IMG/VR virus record: IMGVR_UViG_3300030333_002313
Direction: 5' to 3' (one strand)
DNA from: an uncultured virus (IMG/VR IMGVR_UViG_3300030333_002313)
Taxonomy: Duplodnaviria; Heunggongvirae; Uroviricota; Caudoviricetes
DNA: 62,563 nucleotides
Part shown: one piece after another, positions 50,501 to 55,368 of the stretch
Layout of the letters: each line of letters begins with the position of its first letter
Position numbering within the stretch: position 1 is the first letter of the stretch
Notes under the pieces: generated by a model
The model's database searches: none
Told to the model about the DNA's origin: nothing
What the model saw: only the letters and a program-made list of their open reading frames with translations
Made by a program: the position numbers and the translations under genes

Positions 50501-53500
50501 TCAATTTCAAAGATAAGTTCCTCACCAAGTTCAGTTACAAGGATATCAGTGTCTTGGTTTGGTTGACGTTCAATATCAATATCAACATCTTCGTAAGGAT
50601 CACGGAAACGAACAACATCATCAGGAATATTTGTCTGTACAGCATCCTGACTGTAGTTCCACTCATCTGCCTTAGAATATAACTGAGGACCAGCAATATA
50701 TGGGAATACTGGATTACCTGCATCAGATGCGTCAATTGAGATGAAGTATGCGTATACACCTTCAGGGAATTGAGGTGTCTTACAGAAACGACCATTATAC
50801 TGGTCTAGATCACCATATTGGAAAGTATACTCAAAATCTTCGATAAATGAACCTGCAGGATAGTCACTTAGTAAAGGACCATCTGAACGAACTGGATTAG
50901 GGTTGGTTGCAGCGTCATATATGAGTACTGGCTTGATACGGTAAGAAGATCTAATACGACGTATACCAGAAGACTGGTCAGTAGCATCTATGTAACCATA
51001 AGGACCATAAATGGGGTTACCATCAAATGCCCATCCGAGGATTGGTGAGTGTTGCCATCCTGTAGATAATTCTTGTAATTGTTGTGTTGCTTGGTTCTTA
51101 AAGACATTATCACCCAAAACATAACGCAACTGCTTAGGATCTGATAAGTGTGCGTATTCACCACCATATTGAGTGTTATATCCTGCAAATACGTAACCAC
51201 GTGCTGTATCGAAAGATTGACCTAACTCATCTTGTAGGTTTCTTGTCCACTCAAATACATTAGCGGTAAACTCTGCCATTTCACCAACTGCTTCTAACCT
51301 TACAGTTGTTAGACCAGTAGTGTATCCAATACCTCTGTTAATAACAGAAACACCAATAACCTTACCTCTATCCTCACCAACAGTACCAATAGTTGCTTTT
51401 GCAACAGCACCATAACCATCACCATTGATTACAATCTCAGGAGCAGTGGTATATCCCTTACCTGCAGCAATGATAGCAATAGAAACGATACGACCGTTAA
51501 TAATAATTGGTTGTGCAACAGCACCTTCACCAGAATTCAGTTTAACATTAGGTGAAGAGGTATAAGCAGATCCTGAAGTATCTACACTTACAGATTGAAT
51601 TGGACCTCTTACAGCAGCAGTTGCAACAGCACCACTACCATTTCCACCTGAAATAGACACATCAGGTTGTGAGGTGTATCCTTGACCTGGGTTTTCAACC
51701 AGAACCTTAGAAACTACACCGTTAGTAATAACAGCGGTAGCAGTAGCACCGAATCCACCACCACCCACGATAGAAACAAGAGGACTAGAAGTATAACCAC
51801 TACCTCCCGCAGATACATCAATTTCACTTAATTGTCCGTTAACAACAACACTTGCGGTAGCACCTGTACCGCCACCACCTGTAATTTCAATAAGAGGAGG
51901 GTTAGCAGCGTCATATCCTTTTCCAACATTAGTAATATTAATTCCAGTTACACCACCATACTTAATTTTACTCTGTGACTTATAAGACCAAGCAGATACA
52001 CCATTAACCCACGCACCAATAGGACCAAAGTTGGTATCTTCCCGTTTAGAGATCGTATTGATAACTCTAGGAATACGGATCAGTTTACGCTGGTTACCTG
52101 GAAGTAGTGCAGATCCTACAAAAGGACCAACTTCATAGTTTGGTATACCAGATGATGCAATGTATGAATACTGGTTATTAAAGAACGTATTCTGTACGTT
52201 TGTAGTAAAATCTCTAATTGCAATGCTAATTCCTTCTTCTGGAGACTTACCTTTGTTCAAGTCAACAGATAAGAGAATATTACCTTGAGGTGAAGCATCT
52301 GCGGGTGCAGGAATGTTATACTCAAAGATAAAATCACTAATACGTGATGTTACTAGGAACGTACCGTTGAACACAGTTGGGTTTGCACCGTAGATAGTAA
52401 CAGTGTCACCAACAAGAAGACCGTGCTTATTAGAGCAAGTTACGGTTGCAGTCTGATTATTAAGACCACCAGGTACAACACCATCAACATTAATCAGTTT
52501 CTTGACGTTATATAACCAAGAAGTGATACGTTGATCCACAGAAGTAGATCCAAGAGATGCAACGTTTAATTTGTCACCAGGTAGGTAGTATGAACCAGTA
52601 TCTGTCAATACGGTGGATTTTGCGTCTGCAATACCCAAAACACGCATTTTGATCTCAGTAGGAAGACCACGATTAACATATACAAATATTTGTGAATGAA
52701 TTACAGTACCTGCATCCCAATCTTCTACAACACCATTCTCAGAACGTGTACATTCGATGAACTGGTTAAGAGTCTTCTCCTTATACTGAACCTCCTCATC
52801 GTCATTAATAAGGATTGTACCGTTTCTTTCAGGCCAACCAATAGTAGAGTCAACAGTAATAATGGATTCTGTAGTACTAAGTTCCTCAACCAATGTGGTT
52901 TTATAAGGAATTGTGAATGAACCTTGTAGAGTTTCCTCAGATATAGCAAGTTCATATACAGTTCCTACACCAGTATTGATAGCAATAACGTTCTCAATCA
53001 GTGCAGATGCGTCCTTAACGTTGATATCTACCTGATCTGCGTACTGAACTAGCTGTGCATCTAGTAAATTTGTAGGATCTCCACTTATAAGTTCCGCACG
53101 GAGAACTGTATCTACGTTCCAAGATGCAGCAGATGGCTTAATAACCTCATCTTTTGGATAAGATACGTCCACATTCTCTGAGAACAGCATCTTAAAGAGG
53201 TACTGTGTAGAGATCTTTGTACCTTTAGATGCGTAGAAATCACTAATAGTTTTGATAATCTGCGGAGCATTTACCTTTTCATAGTCAATTTCCGCATTAG
53301 GAAGGTACTGGTTTACGTATCTTCTGTATAATTCCTTAGCAAAGAGTGTATCTAGGTTAGAAATAGTAGATCCAACCTCGTGAGAAGATTGAACTGTATC
53401 CGCTTCTTTAGAGTAAACTTGATTACCTTTCTGATCAAATGAACTTACAGATGAAACACCACGCTTACAATTAACAAAAGCAGATGGTTGATATCCAGAT

Positions 53501-55341
53501 CCACCATTATGGATGGTAAATCCAGTAATTTCACCAAAACCAACGTCACAAGATGCTTCTGGAGCAGGAGGAGCAGCAATAAAGACTTTAGGAGGTTCTA
53601 CATCAGAGTATCCACTTCCAAAACTTGTTATGTTGATATCAGTGATCTCACCATTGAAAATGGTTGCAACAGCAGTAGCACCAGTTCCACCAATAGGTTG
53701 ATCAGCAATATCCTTCCTATTATCAACAATATACACAGATGGAGCATCAGTATAACCTGCACCACCAGTTAATAGTTCAATATTAGTTACTCTACCACCA
53801 GTTACACTTACATCGAGGATTTGAGCACCTACAGGATCGATAATCTTTGCCCTAGGTGTTGTTTCATATCCTTGTCCACCTGATACAACAGTAATTCCAT
53901 CAACCTTACCATCAGCGTTAATAGTAGCAACAACATTAGCTGTAATAGCATTCTCACCAGTTGGAGGATCCAAATAGACTAATGGAGGTGTAGTGTAACC
54001 AGAACCAGAAGAAATAACACTTATAGACCCTTCTTGGATAGATCCTGTGTGAAGTGTTGGTTGACTAATGGTTGCACCACCAGGATTAACAAAACTGATA
54101 GATGGAATCTTATCGTAACCACTTCCAGAACTGTCTACAATGAGTTCTGAGACCCCTTCGATAGAATCACTAACAATTGCCCTAATTTGAGCAGTCTTGC
54201 CTTCAGGATCCACTGGAGGGTCAACTACAACGATTGGAGGGTTATTTGCAGAGTAACCTTGTCCTGAAAATAGTAATCTAGTGTCTTTAATACCATTTAC
54301 TAATGCTTCAGCAGTAGCATTAGCTCCTGGACCTTTAGTAGACGCAATAGTAATCTTTGGAGCAAAACTTAAACGATATCCACTACCACCAGTCTTAACA
54401 ATGACCTTATCTACAACACCTTGCTCAATATCCGCAATAGCACTAGCACCAGCACCAAATTCAGGTGCTATCATCTCAATAGATCTAATATTGATCTGAG
54501 ATCCTTGTGCAACGTCATTCTTAAAGATTAACTTATCTTCAAAGATAGTAAAATCTTCATAAGGACGCTTTTCTACTCTGTTTACAACAACTACTGATGA
54601 AACAGTTGATAATGGGGTATATGGAACGTTATTGTTAGTTAAACTAAACTCTTTAGCATCTGCAGTAACACTAATAGGGTCTATAGAACGTACTGGAATG
54701 CTTGTGTAACCAATAAGGTACCGAATAGTATTAATTGCACCTGTAAGTTCTCCTGTAGGGGGAGCAGGGGGTGTCTGCAGACGTATCTTATCACCTTCGA
54801 TAAAATAGTCGATATTTGGGAATAAAAACTCGTTATTTACAACAACTAAGAGATGATCAGCAGTTTGGGGTGAAACTGGCTTACCTAAGAGTCTAAGATC
54901 AAATAAAGTCTGACTATTATCAAATTGTGAAGATATTGGTTCAAATTCTTGTATTTTACGATCAAATTCTGCCTTATTAACACCAGGAGTGAATACAATG
55001 TCAGGAGAATGAGTAACAGTCTCGTAATAGATTACCTCATCATCAATTTGTATTGTACCGTCTTTCTCTAGGAAATAATTAACATTCTCAGCAATAATAT
55101 CCTTTTGAGTAGGATCAACCTTCTCCAACACAGCAGATTGTGAAGATAGGAAATTAGGATCAAACTCTCCAGAACCAATATCAGTATATCTTAAGATATT
55201 ATTCAGTATGTCATACGGACGACCTGATTTCTCTTGAGATCTGTAGTATTCTGAAAGAAGATTGACAAATTGTTCGTTATCTTCTCTGATGAATGCAGGT
55301 ATCTGATCCTGCACCCTATTTGAGACGGTAATAGCCTTCAT
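29551..55341 (-). CDS. g7: Giant gp7-like baseplate wedge initiator / virion structural protein (8596 aa)
   Basis: Directly after g6. N-terminal QIPAFIRED..QFV.LL.EYY, FYASKGT...YLFKMLF and IQDSYFYQNFSYVIK...HPVGFNLFG motifs of cyanomyovirus gp7. Uninterrupted 25.8-kb ORF with YHYH, propeller-like, LamG-like, helical and nested repeats, and an Ig-like end. Confidence 0.85.
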   Translation of the reverse strand: MKAITVSNRVQDQIPAFIREDNEQFVNLLSEYYRSQEKSGRPYDILNNILRYTDIGSGEFDPNFLSSQSAVLEKVDPTQKDIIAENVNYFLEKDGTIQIDDEVIYYETVTHSPDIVFTPGVNKAEFDRKIQEFEPISSQFDNSQTLFDLRLLGKPVSPQTADHLLVVVNNEFLFPNIDYFIEGDKIRLQTPPAPPTGELTGAINTIRYLIGYTSIPVRSIDPISVTADAKEFSLTNNNVPYTPLSTVSSVVVVNRVEKRPYEDFTIFEDKLIFKNDVAQGSQINIRSIEMIAPEFGAGASAIADIEQGVVDKVIVKTGGSGYRLSFAPKITIASTKGPGANATAEALVNGIKDTRLLFSGQGYSANNPPIVVVDPPVDPEGKTAQIRAIVSDSIEGVSELIVDSSGSGYDKIPSISFVNPGGATISQPTLHTGSIQEGSISVISSGSGYTTPPLVYLDPPTGENAITANVVATINADGKVDGITVVSGGQGYETTPRAKIIDPVGAQILDVSVTGGRVTNIELLTGGAGYTDAPSVYIVDNRKDIADQPIGGTGATAVATIFNGEITDINITSFGSGYSDVEPPKVFIAAPPAPEASCDVGFGEITGFTIHNGGSGYQPSAFVNCKRGVSSVSSFDQKGNQVYSKEADTVQSSHEVGSTISNLDTLFAKELYRRYVNQYLPNAEIDYEKVNAPQIIKTISDFYASKGTKISTQYLFKMLFSENVDVSYPKDEVIKPSAASWNVDTVLRAELISGDPTNLLDAQLVQYADQVDINVKDASALIENVIAINTGVGTVYELAISEETLQGSFTIPYKTTLVEELSTTESIITVDSTIGWPERNGTILINDDEEVQYKEKTLNQFIECTRSENGVVEDWDAGTVIHSQIFVYVNRGLPTEIKMRVLGIADAKSTVLTDTGSYYLPGDKLNVASLGSTSVDQRITSWLYNVKKLINVDGVVPGGLNNQTATVTCSNKHGLLVGDTVTIYGANPTVFNGTFLVTSRISDFIFEYNIPAPADASPQGNILLSVDLNKGKSPEEGISIAIRDFTTNVQNTFFNNQYSYIASSGIPNYEVGPFVGSALLPGNQRKLIRIPRVINTISKREDTNFGPIGAWVNGVSAWSYKSQSKIKYGGVTGINITNVGKGYDAANPPLIEITGGGGTGATASVVVNGQLSEIDVSAGGSGYTSSPLVSIVGGGGFGATATAVITNGVVSKVLVENPGQGYTSQPDVSISGGNGSGAVATAAVRGPIQSVSVDTSGSAYTSSPNVKLNSGEGAVAQPIIINGRIVSIAIIAAGKGYTTAPEIVINGDGYGAVAKATIGTVGEDRGKVIGVSVINRGIGYTTGLTTVRLEAVGEMAEFTANVFEWTRNLQDELGQSFDTARGYVFAGYNTQYGGEYAHLSDPKQLRYVLGDNVFKNQATQQLQELSTGWQHSPILGWAFDGNPIYGPYGYIDATDQSSGIRRIRSSYRIKPVLIYDAATNPNPVRSDGPLLSDYPAGSFIEDFEYTFQYGDLDQYNGRFCKTPQFPEGVYAYFISIDASDAGNPVFPYIAGPQLYSKADEWNYSQDAVQTNIPDDVVRFRDPYEDVDIDIERQPNQDTDILVTELGEELIFEIEDTNRDGVINNLEDTTPINIAEEPVLQLFDYYPRVSTRSEVDIDIETTTKFEDAQVDGFVVENPGVSYKVGDKLYFDNTDTQGFGASAKVNSVKGLDIAGYSSYMTNDVPYGQITTAEEHELRVNDEIIVKSTPVLDDTNKTLKVKVIAGVEQLNITQEGVGYSSELPPTYELISSIGQDFKLTLERTEAGAVKKANIINSGSGYDVDNPPKIRVSHPQRYKKANYFLSFLKEATGTVSINDVKVAEDRTIYVAAERNLTDGDTCGILAKFNSDGRLLWQRTLVPTVPAGAKSLRWKSLYVENSNPHNIYVIGETVTNITNITHNPDIIVAKYTSGFDGNNNPDGILQWQRDIAGISGATRRDYATTISLDQDGRCMIGGYTDANSLQPDDMWVALLDLDGSMMEKRKIASAEVSEHLHQIKWKSKDTFLFCGVSEPDNTSDIIIGETYYDTATIEVVWSKKITNASYKFKNPTFTIDEYGAVYVTATAEDTNGKDYGVLYTKFDDGDFTEAEQSRIFVPTGTYNAVHNGGVEFDIFGNVDVSCSVERAFNQVESTTLKIGWNTGTVITASTASETDGIGFKAIAVSNDSSGDTIVVGNKVEADQLAIFNWNTADNLADDTYNDTLATGTNKQWYATGNAVIDDTKKYDGASSVKLDASNAMTMLYGSDVATSYTVEAFWALSTAQYTAANTKPEFFTVTDAIGNTVKAGLDADQTSPNYGKTWIDITGTTTFSTAANYLAIFNNEEFIHVALVKDRVGVGDYKYRVYVNGIETQVLTSTTVDINLKDVTLGSNSTPNATNNWIGWIDNLVVSPTAKYDDTFTSALVTGTNSIAQGFIYKVDKDKTALGSFNLNDVETGHTLNIASESNYTFNTQNVAMNPWVLGPAGIQILDYGDVVSTHQPGIFTVTSTDQNFGNRTATIPTPGGKKLLLTTTVVPKFYFRDAKYALIDLVKTINFNQDATFTKGAILQQYSVIGGNDVVSAYGTIVESGTNSCKIGKIAGNFDTSKLLKSTANDVNDLEWNFTEQKTDPIWATNFVYATEDIVYNDKKLYQCTSPGTSGTIPPTHTTGIVSDGAVSWAYLSASGIYEIDLADTSYNGSTMSAFASWKPFSPEDYTIKIEEIYQDSSFIKGDTIDADAVNLQFTVDETGKIATFTGLTGVKKISLVAQLNKDVIPSGALVNTDLVYCSASSRHNFVENEIIFTENFATNDYNGSFFVEEVFNSRDFSFRMRGTAVQDPTFAGSGNSVSNVNIYAKHPKFLFVRGHQYIFDLDDESNLGYFLSFSRDNQYKLEYPFINIIREGTPGFTDDDSPTPLVKFVINEDVTNISYYFDPSRTGADSPVGEGSFIDVIKSPYDGTFRVTSVTDAGKKFAFRLLNEPEKTNAPVGNNEFGNARSSYSTTSVKAIGPISDIKLVNAGGFYQRLPIVTDIASNREIEKVRITNGGTEYVNGVYYNVPIDGDGEGATCNITVQDDGDFEGVITDVTLTSAGKGYKTASIDVDAIPGILGPLLAGSGAILDVVIPDEGSGASVFLQGKSIGKIKKLKNNEFGFGYSHDYTLRPEITFPVNLQLFNTALLAQIKITDPGAGYTSVPAVVIEGGGGSGAKAEAIVKNNRLSEVIIKDPGSGYSSEPSVTLKSEFNYVVNVDLGYLQFNFPHGITTGAEVQLRAEDLGSTVGILPKPSSAGLVSLNSNQTYYAIAGEANSLESDQLRISLTKLDAESGSYITFLTQGEGRQVLLTEVFGGKATAIVETSRFLAGELVYQGSSLELASATGYVSTNEGWQIGPRILKLENYDGVWKAGERVTGEVSRASGLIDNLSIATGTLNIASLTNTPGQFIDDVGKPSEIVQKIQDSYFYQNFSYVIKSQTPINQWRKPVLETNHPVGFNLFGELAITGGKDISGRKVVSDLIKEVNINSFTNINQITSFANAQPIYTQFNNTEVLFRQKRLTNSEEILTSIVKKIDNISDDFDGIKTQFPLNVEGSSITAADNQMFILINGVAQSPGTAFSTAGPSVVFTEAPKAPSRIKFREAVYAQKVITRMTFSSIGGIFPLLGNTVRGLVSEATATCIDSGVDYIDVIDIQGTFQLNESIMGSQTGFNSTLSDVSPITSKTIFEQGERITNLAGNFAIVEENNLQDGVITNELVLSRTSGTAKYETGEFNIKFNDIIYSARSKIAATITSIAPYQDDISNQIIDQVDLSPSSSFFGLVFQRVPSITFPNKILDNISETVINPVELYDPETANNQDFLDFERVRNQEIRYDNLTGTDFAAGSDIRLKKIYFGNSSLRRTHDVRLNDASNALQRNARFIAEEAVGAMLDFYPSFQINTGRNADCEDDIVDAINMMAWQLEFDGNSEVWDIANTYVQGNTVYHVDGAEAQTVWAMNKARDLALQCIRMEDIDTSFTTLQQWRDLTVTGEYSVTDNSHADARALLLANKWYIAHEALYYAKQQNPGYTVSGGDSHCLSDIVDVVEAIAYNTAVGGNDFVWEATDRILHYGTVTGDIDTMVDAFTKARDIAIDVQRNVVYAKQDTSHGWTQFTDSGITADGASPACQAPAATITTLANILINALGTTASPGTRAAFQAGTTKTEPSTALMANPSTTACVNVTSAITNYFAIITDSIQDPTGAAPGTYPWSISNVTRVAPPYSFSDSETLKSIKHAYKDKSSGGFFVFGEIVKGITSGNTAEIIGSNAGNKWIYTKNPTGPFSDGEYITNSLLVNTNVTVDNLDYAAGAGSLEFNGSAYLTHPSTEKVAFGDGSIPDGNFTIELWVKATGVSGNQTLLDFRTSTGDTSSAYLIMVNNTVRWNTGNVDRITSSANLAANTWTHIAIVRNSGATNMYVGGTKQTTTYTDNTNYGNMPVKIGANAANAQAFTGNMENLMIKLGSTAVDYTSDFTPSGTYDDTDINLKFGFNGEAPIPIIKGEIYATFQQTITSTATAEGVELWRDEIMTEGVDLSRDDYVDCADIIDKNKYWIAEEAVGRMKAMYPDFVIPGDTGTSDQGTQTCLRDTYEYIIPAIVNDLRYGGNFNSIVAARGYLANQEGQLAHVNGELLQSIYAWREVGKLCNTVITANADDLTGEHTTRIRIPNYFSSPASASIQTFITDLVDSLLLVLGPTGNRFRDGADLLYFNRKCIADEVAFWLEEQYNVTINFIQEDKFDIPGGTPGRDKCVRDLRDHIIPAIAGDLLTGGNANVQGIIDQYLDSTGKIIQVEEELLPMLDAIGYSKMLMEKALQNALVGRSENLANLAGTTAQTIDDFFQFQYTDFPAFRKDQATEPTFLHDPQIYAGSQRALDAADMLETNKRAIAGEAVDLMLKCSAFKHYHFSVKGGKNHCEDDIVDVIEAIIHDLRFNSNSATYDAAMLYLNTENGLKHVTDETEETAFAMKMARDMSALAIQNKLGFNPYPDYSTGGGAGGGQGGGGGFGGGGGGQGGNQGGGGAARGDYDNNESGNKAYNAADEIRNNLRFIASTAVGRGVSQYPSLGFGGYGYQSCVDDCVDILEALIFNLAHGGNNKMWYATEFYVTDSNAVQHINGQPNEVKYIFEQARDIAIQVMRQQLVATNGYTEGDPVYDDDITIDQQTASGQHTPTAATYDPATGDLVLTLGASHNVTTNDTIRINTNSLVFTCDQDDHQTQHTYPRISDPAAVALLPVTNVSGNDITVNVGITERVNFDAKDSTYDPETGLLTLDIGSHSLREGQTLKILQDELNYRCSQDNYRSIHKYPRATDPAVDKALDIVSVGTTHHTATWADFNPVTGMLNVTVPNHGFKNGDKIRLANDSMTFTCDMDEHYSKKTYPRLSDPASGRFLPISNVTKNTFEMSIGKTPIKYFTPSQANYDPETGGLELVLGVHGLTTGTHIKLAPNSLTFTCKEDDDATFHTYPRAETTTVTPTDASYNPVNGHLTVTVANHGFKVGEMVHVEKNGIVMTCDMDGNASEHPYPRQDDPANNSWMRIEAVSTNTFTFKVGESPKVSFTPTAVDYTPTTGDMKMTIGNHSLTAGTALKIAEGGLTFTCAQDSHQTLHPYPRNTTYTVANINNGSYDPETGIMTVTTASSHGLQDGDKVKFADNAITFTCSMDGNGSNHSYPRPTDPASGKWLEIDVTGATTFTVNVGKTPTVGFAPTMVDYNPTTGLMTLTIGQGHNLSVGQSVRFSQNSLTFKCAFDNYATDHSYPRASGQGGATQNDPFYDTACPITAITADTITVQVLSSQPSTNTTAHTWQAPTKLTPTGASYNPSTGVMSLTVTGHGMVDGDHIKVDDNFVTFTCGQDSDQTNHSYPRPKDPVSNKFIPITYIDANTFSIQVLENVPSTNTTTHNFVSAVANSIERCVVRAGGIYTHAYVSSTAGSLTAKKDQTYDSSVNIKYEGTPMTAASGTTYSGTTGILEVTTSANHGLVVGDYVKFRDGAVTFTCLEDSNSSNHPYPRATDPISDKWIRVITVPNATTFSVQVLDAIPSSNTTTHTFVSGLSNGIIKKDDTITVNVGISSNTTAHIFKEAVPACITTGGNYTHTFVRAETNCIIKSKDPVYGNSLEITGTTATSITLNVLPVVPSTNVTQHTFISATNNCVTTGGNYSHKFISAEKDGVELESGSVTVNVGTTPAVFYSVGDANYDGETGDMMIKVGAHKLIDGTTIKIADEALTFTCDMDSHATEHVYPRLTDPARNTALTIKESSSNSHTITGATYTPTSGVLTATINNHGFQSKRTISPTFAKFDPATGDLEVYSADNRLAVGDSVMIDDGAITFRCSKDQYSSTHPYPRSTDPASGTYLIVKKASRNRFTVNVGSNALGGAISDQSIHVFEAANGNSIHVAPTLVKFDLNSITFNCTKDSNATNHTYPRADDPEAGHWLEVLSTPDANTFTCNVGIAGGGNFAHTFVGATAGGLKEQTGWVTVNVGATPSTGHTVSTANFNPITGTMVLGIGNHYFNKHDNIRISPDSLTFTCGLDSNQTNHTYPRANTVVTQPTAASYDPETGYMLLTLNNHGYSNGDFVKFELNAFTFTCTMDNNGSSHTYPRATDPTYGKWLPVEDVQANTFKVQVGKTPTTGFEPISVSYNPTSGVMEMEIGEHEFTTDHKIRIAANSLTFRCAQDNYQTDHTYPRLGDPTYQTSVPIIATTPTTISVQVLASQPSTNTTTHQFIQQVGKTPTDINYNPTTGIMTVTIANHGYNDGDMIKIAENSLTFTCDKDSHASDHVYPRRTDPFWDKWMVIDNVTQDTFNVKVLETAPSTNTSTHIFKSCTANCITRSAIRGGGIYTHTNTGIASGGMIHKKDPFYQRGINIDQVGYTTHTVTNAKYNPNTGVMNLTIPNHGFTTSLQKTVTGATYDVTTSMLRITSAAHGMKNGDRVRIADNSITFTCAQDGNATNHSYPRPSDPASQRFLVVTNASTNTFEVNVGNFFGRGPISNQTAHTFVSATTGGLEVARDSIKMAENSITFTCARDDNETLHSYPRQNDPSYDEYLPISNVGTNDFDVYVGHANLDKTVHQFVSATSNGVHHLDGTITINVGISSNTTTHNFVNQQTTWTPSSAAYNPTTGVITLTVNNHKFYEGEYIYLADNAVTFRCDQDGQASDHAYPRSTDPASGRMLRISNVTTNTFDVKVLDVTPSTNTTTHVFQSAAANSITKPQVLGGGVYEHKYVSSKGMAVRSGGLYTHVFEGPTKKTVTNASYLPATGIMTVTVPDHGWSNGDGIILDDYSLVFTCLEDSNNTEHPYPRPTDPFSNRVMTISNVTTDTFTVQVLASAPSTNTTTHTFVSATPHGIRRAAVHTGGAYAHTFISSQSNAVTSYTGGGAARCSNEASAITTLMNIPINLFGSGVSNPEAYINGITRTLPGEWPLTGERAAIRDLTITYDQAGNGECAAVGSQIIQLFNYPINVIDTAAQGNGNWFTNQSVFRQAPLQTNTLQSGGGICYNVVSASNTLADMINMTLGRAPEMYRQAARLIWFNDQYIDRESYYKTMQNYGGYTGDESFATNIRKALIYDLITDGNIKTLELVNSWFDAEGNFIAFPNIFRTYLLYHTAAVKDMVLKVLQQKADNPGPYNQEVPYENRELRPTETAQHKVWQLFHLIEVALERSTLPTAYLKFQFNVGTMVNTDGSIDAPNGHLFQAYDRVTYTVLGSAIAELDRQVYFIHPDTTENLIWISEYIDGDKIELLSPGTAGQVHTLSVVDETGIHRTPSTFGERNVPTPIAGGIQPADIFFGDTTGAYAEVIRIQDNWAKVLYNVIYLPLTVTSDPEVFVNGEEVVKTGATGNKGTILATDNATYIKLVLTGGNIVQGDNIEGLTSGAQGTVSDATHKRILVNFRMGEFIATDLLFSKQDSGRANALIVRNNDGALLDNQSGRVTFDIETVTGNYGVGDVIYGSVTDQIIEVEAFNIMPGFGEYIHSTEITRFEYASLITDFGVDDTFKVGDVLQLQNAGQSVGHTFVVTEHDADNKYVYLANEEGRFSAIGDDLTVIAGDVAYQLAKIPSGSNFPSVYTSAISSVVITATTAYGRIERIEQIGLRAIIHLGDTAGTFLKNSQIIGDYGFRGACSVAKTLRGRVRRYFRGFDGETKDFKLTTENGTAYFPDPAGHMMIFVNGILQPPGGNNAFTAFSDNIQFTEAPAINSTFHGVYVGKLRQLDDISFDFDSLRNSFNLKLGGVFYSLTLTEGVQSNTIRPENNIICQLNGVVQEPGIGFELVGSRIIFSEVPRAGSTFVAFSYIGSDVDVIAATVVPPIETGDKLAIEGEEFEREVALIESSNSLITFEYTGSVRGRNAQALANIERGRITEAILTNSGDGYTSRPQVDVISSSGFGGKIKALVGLARIDVKNAGQGYVLPSVDVHTTVDETFLGPTGAGVNGGIDIYDPNYIPQGESEAQGESYITIESQPVNTTVNQGQTASFTVIASTTPAGGVINYQWQKKDYGTNEWININGATSPTYTTPATTQGDGGDEFRVGLTSLGATPTLSQSSILTINIGSTTVDNFTPDQIFDDN
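33126..39735 (-). repeat. 21 nested copies of a ~105-aa domain (YxPxTG...H...CxxD...HxYPR..DP...VNVG...HxF)
   Basis: 21 CxxD, 21 YPR and 21 closing His-strand motifs counted by hand in the translation. Bounds approximate. Confidence 0.9.
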
Positions 55342-55368
55342 CTGCTGTTATTCTGCTATTTTATTGTC

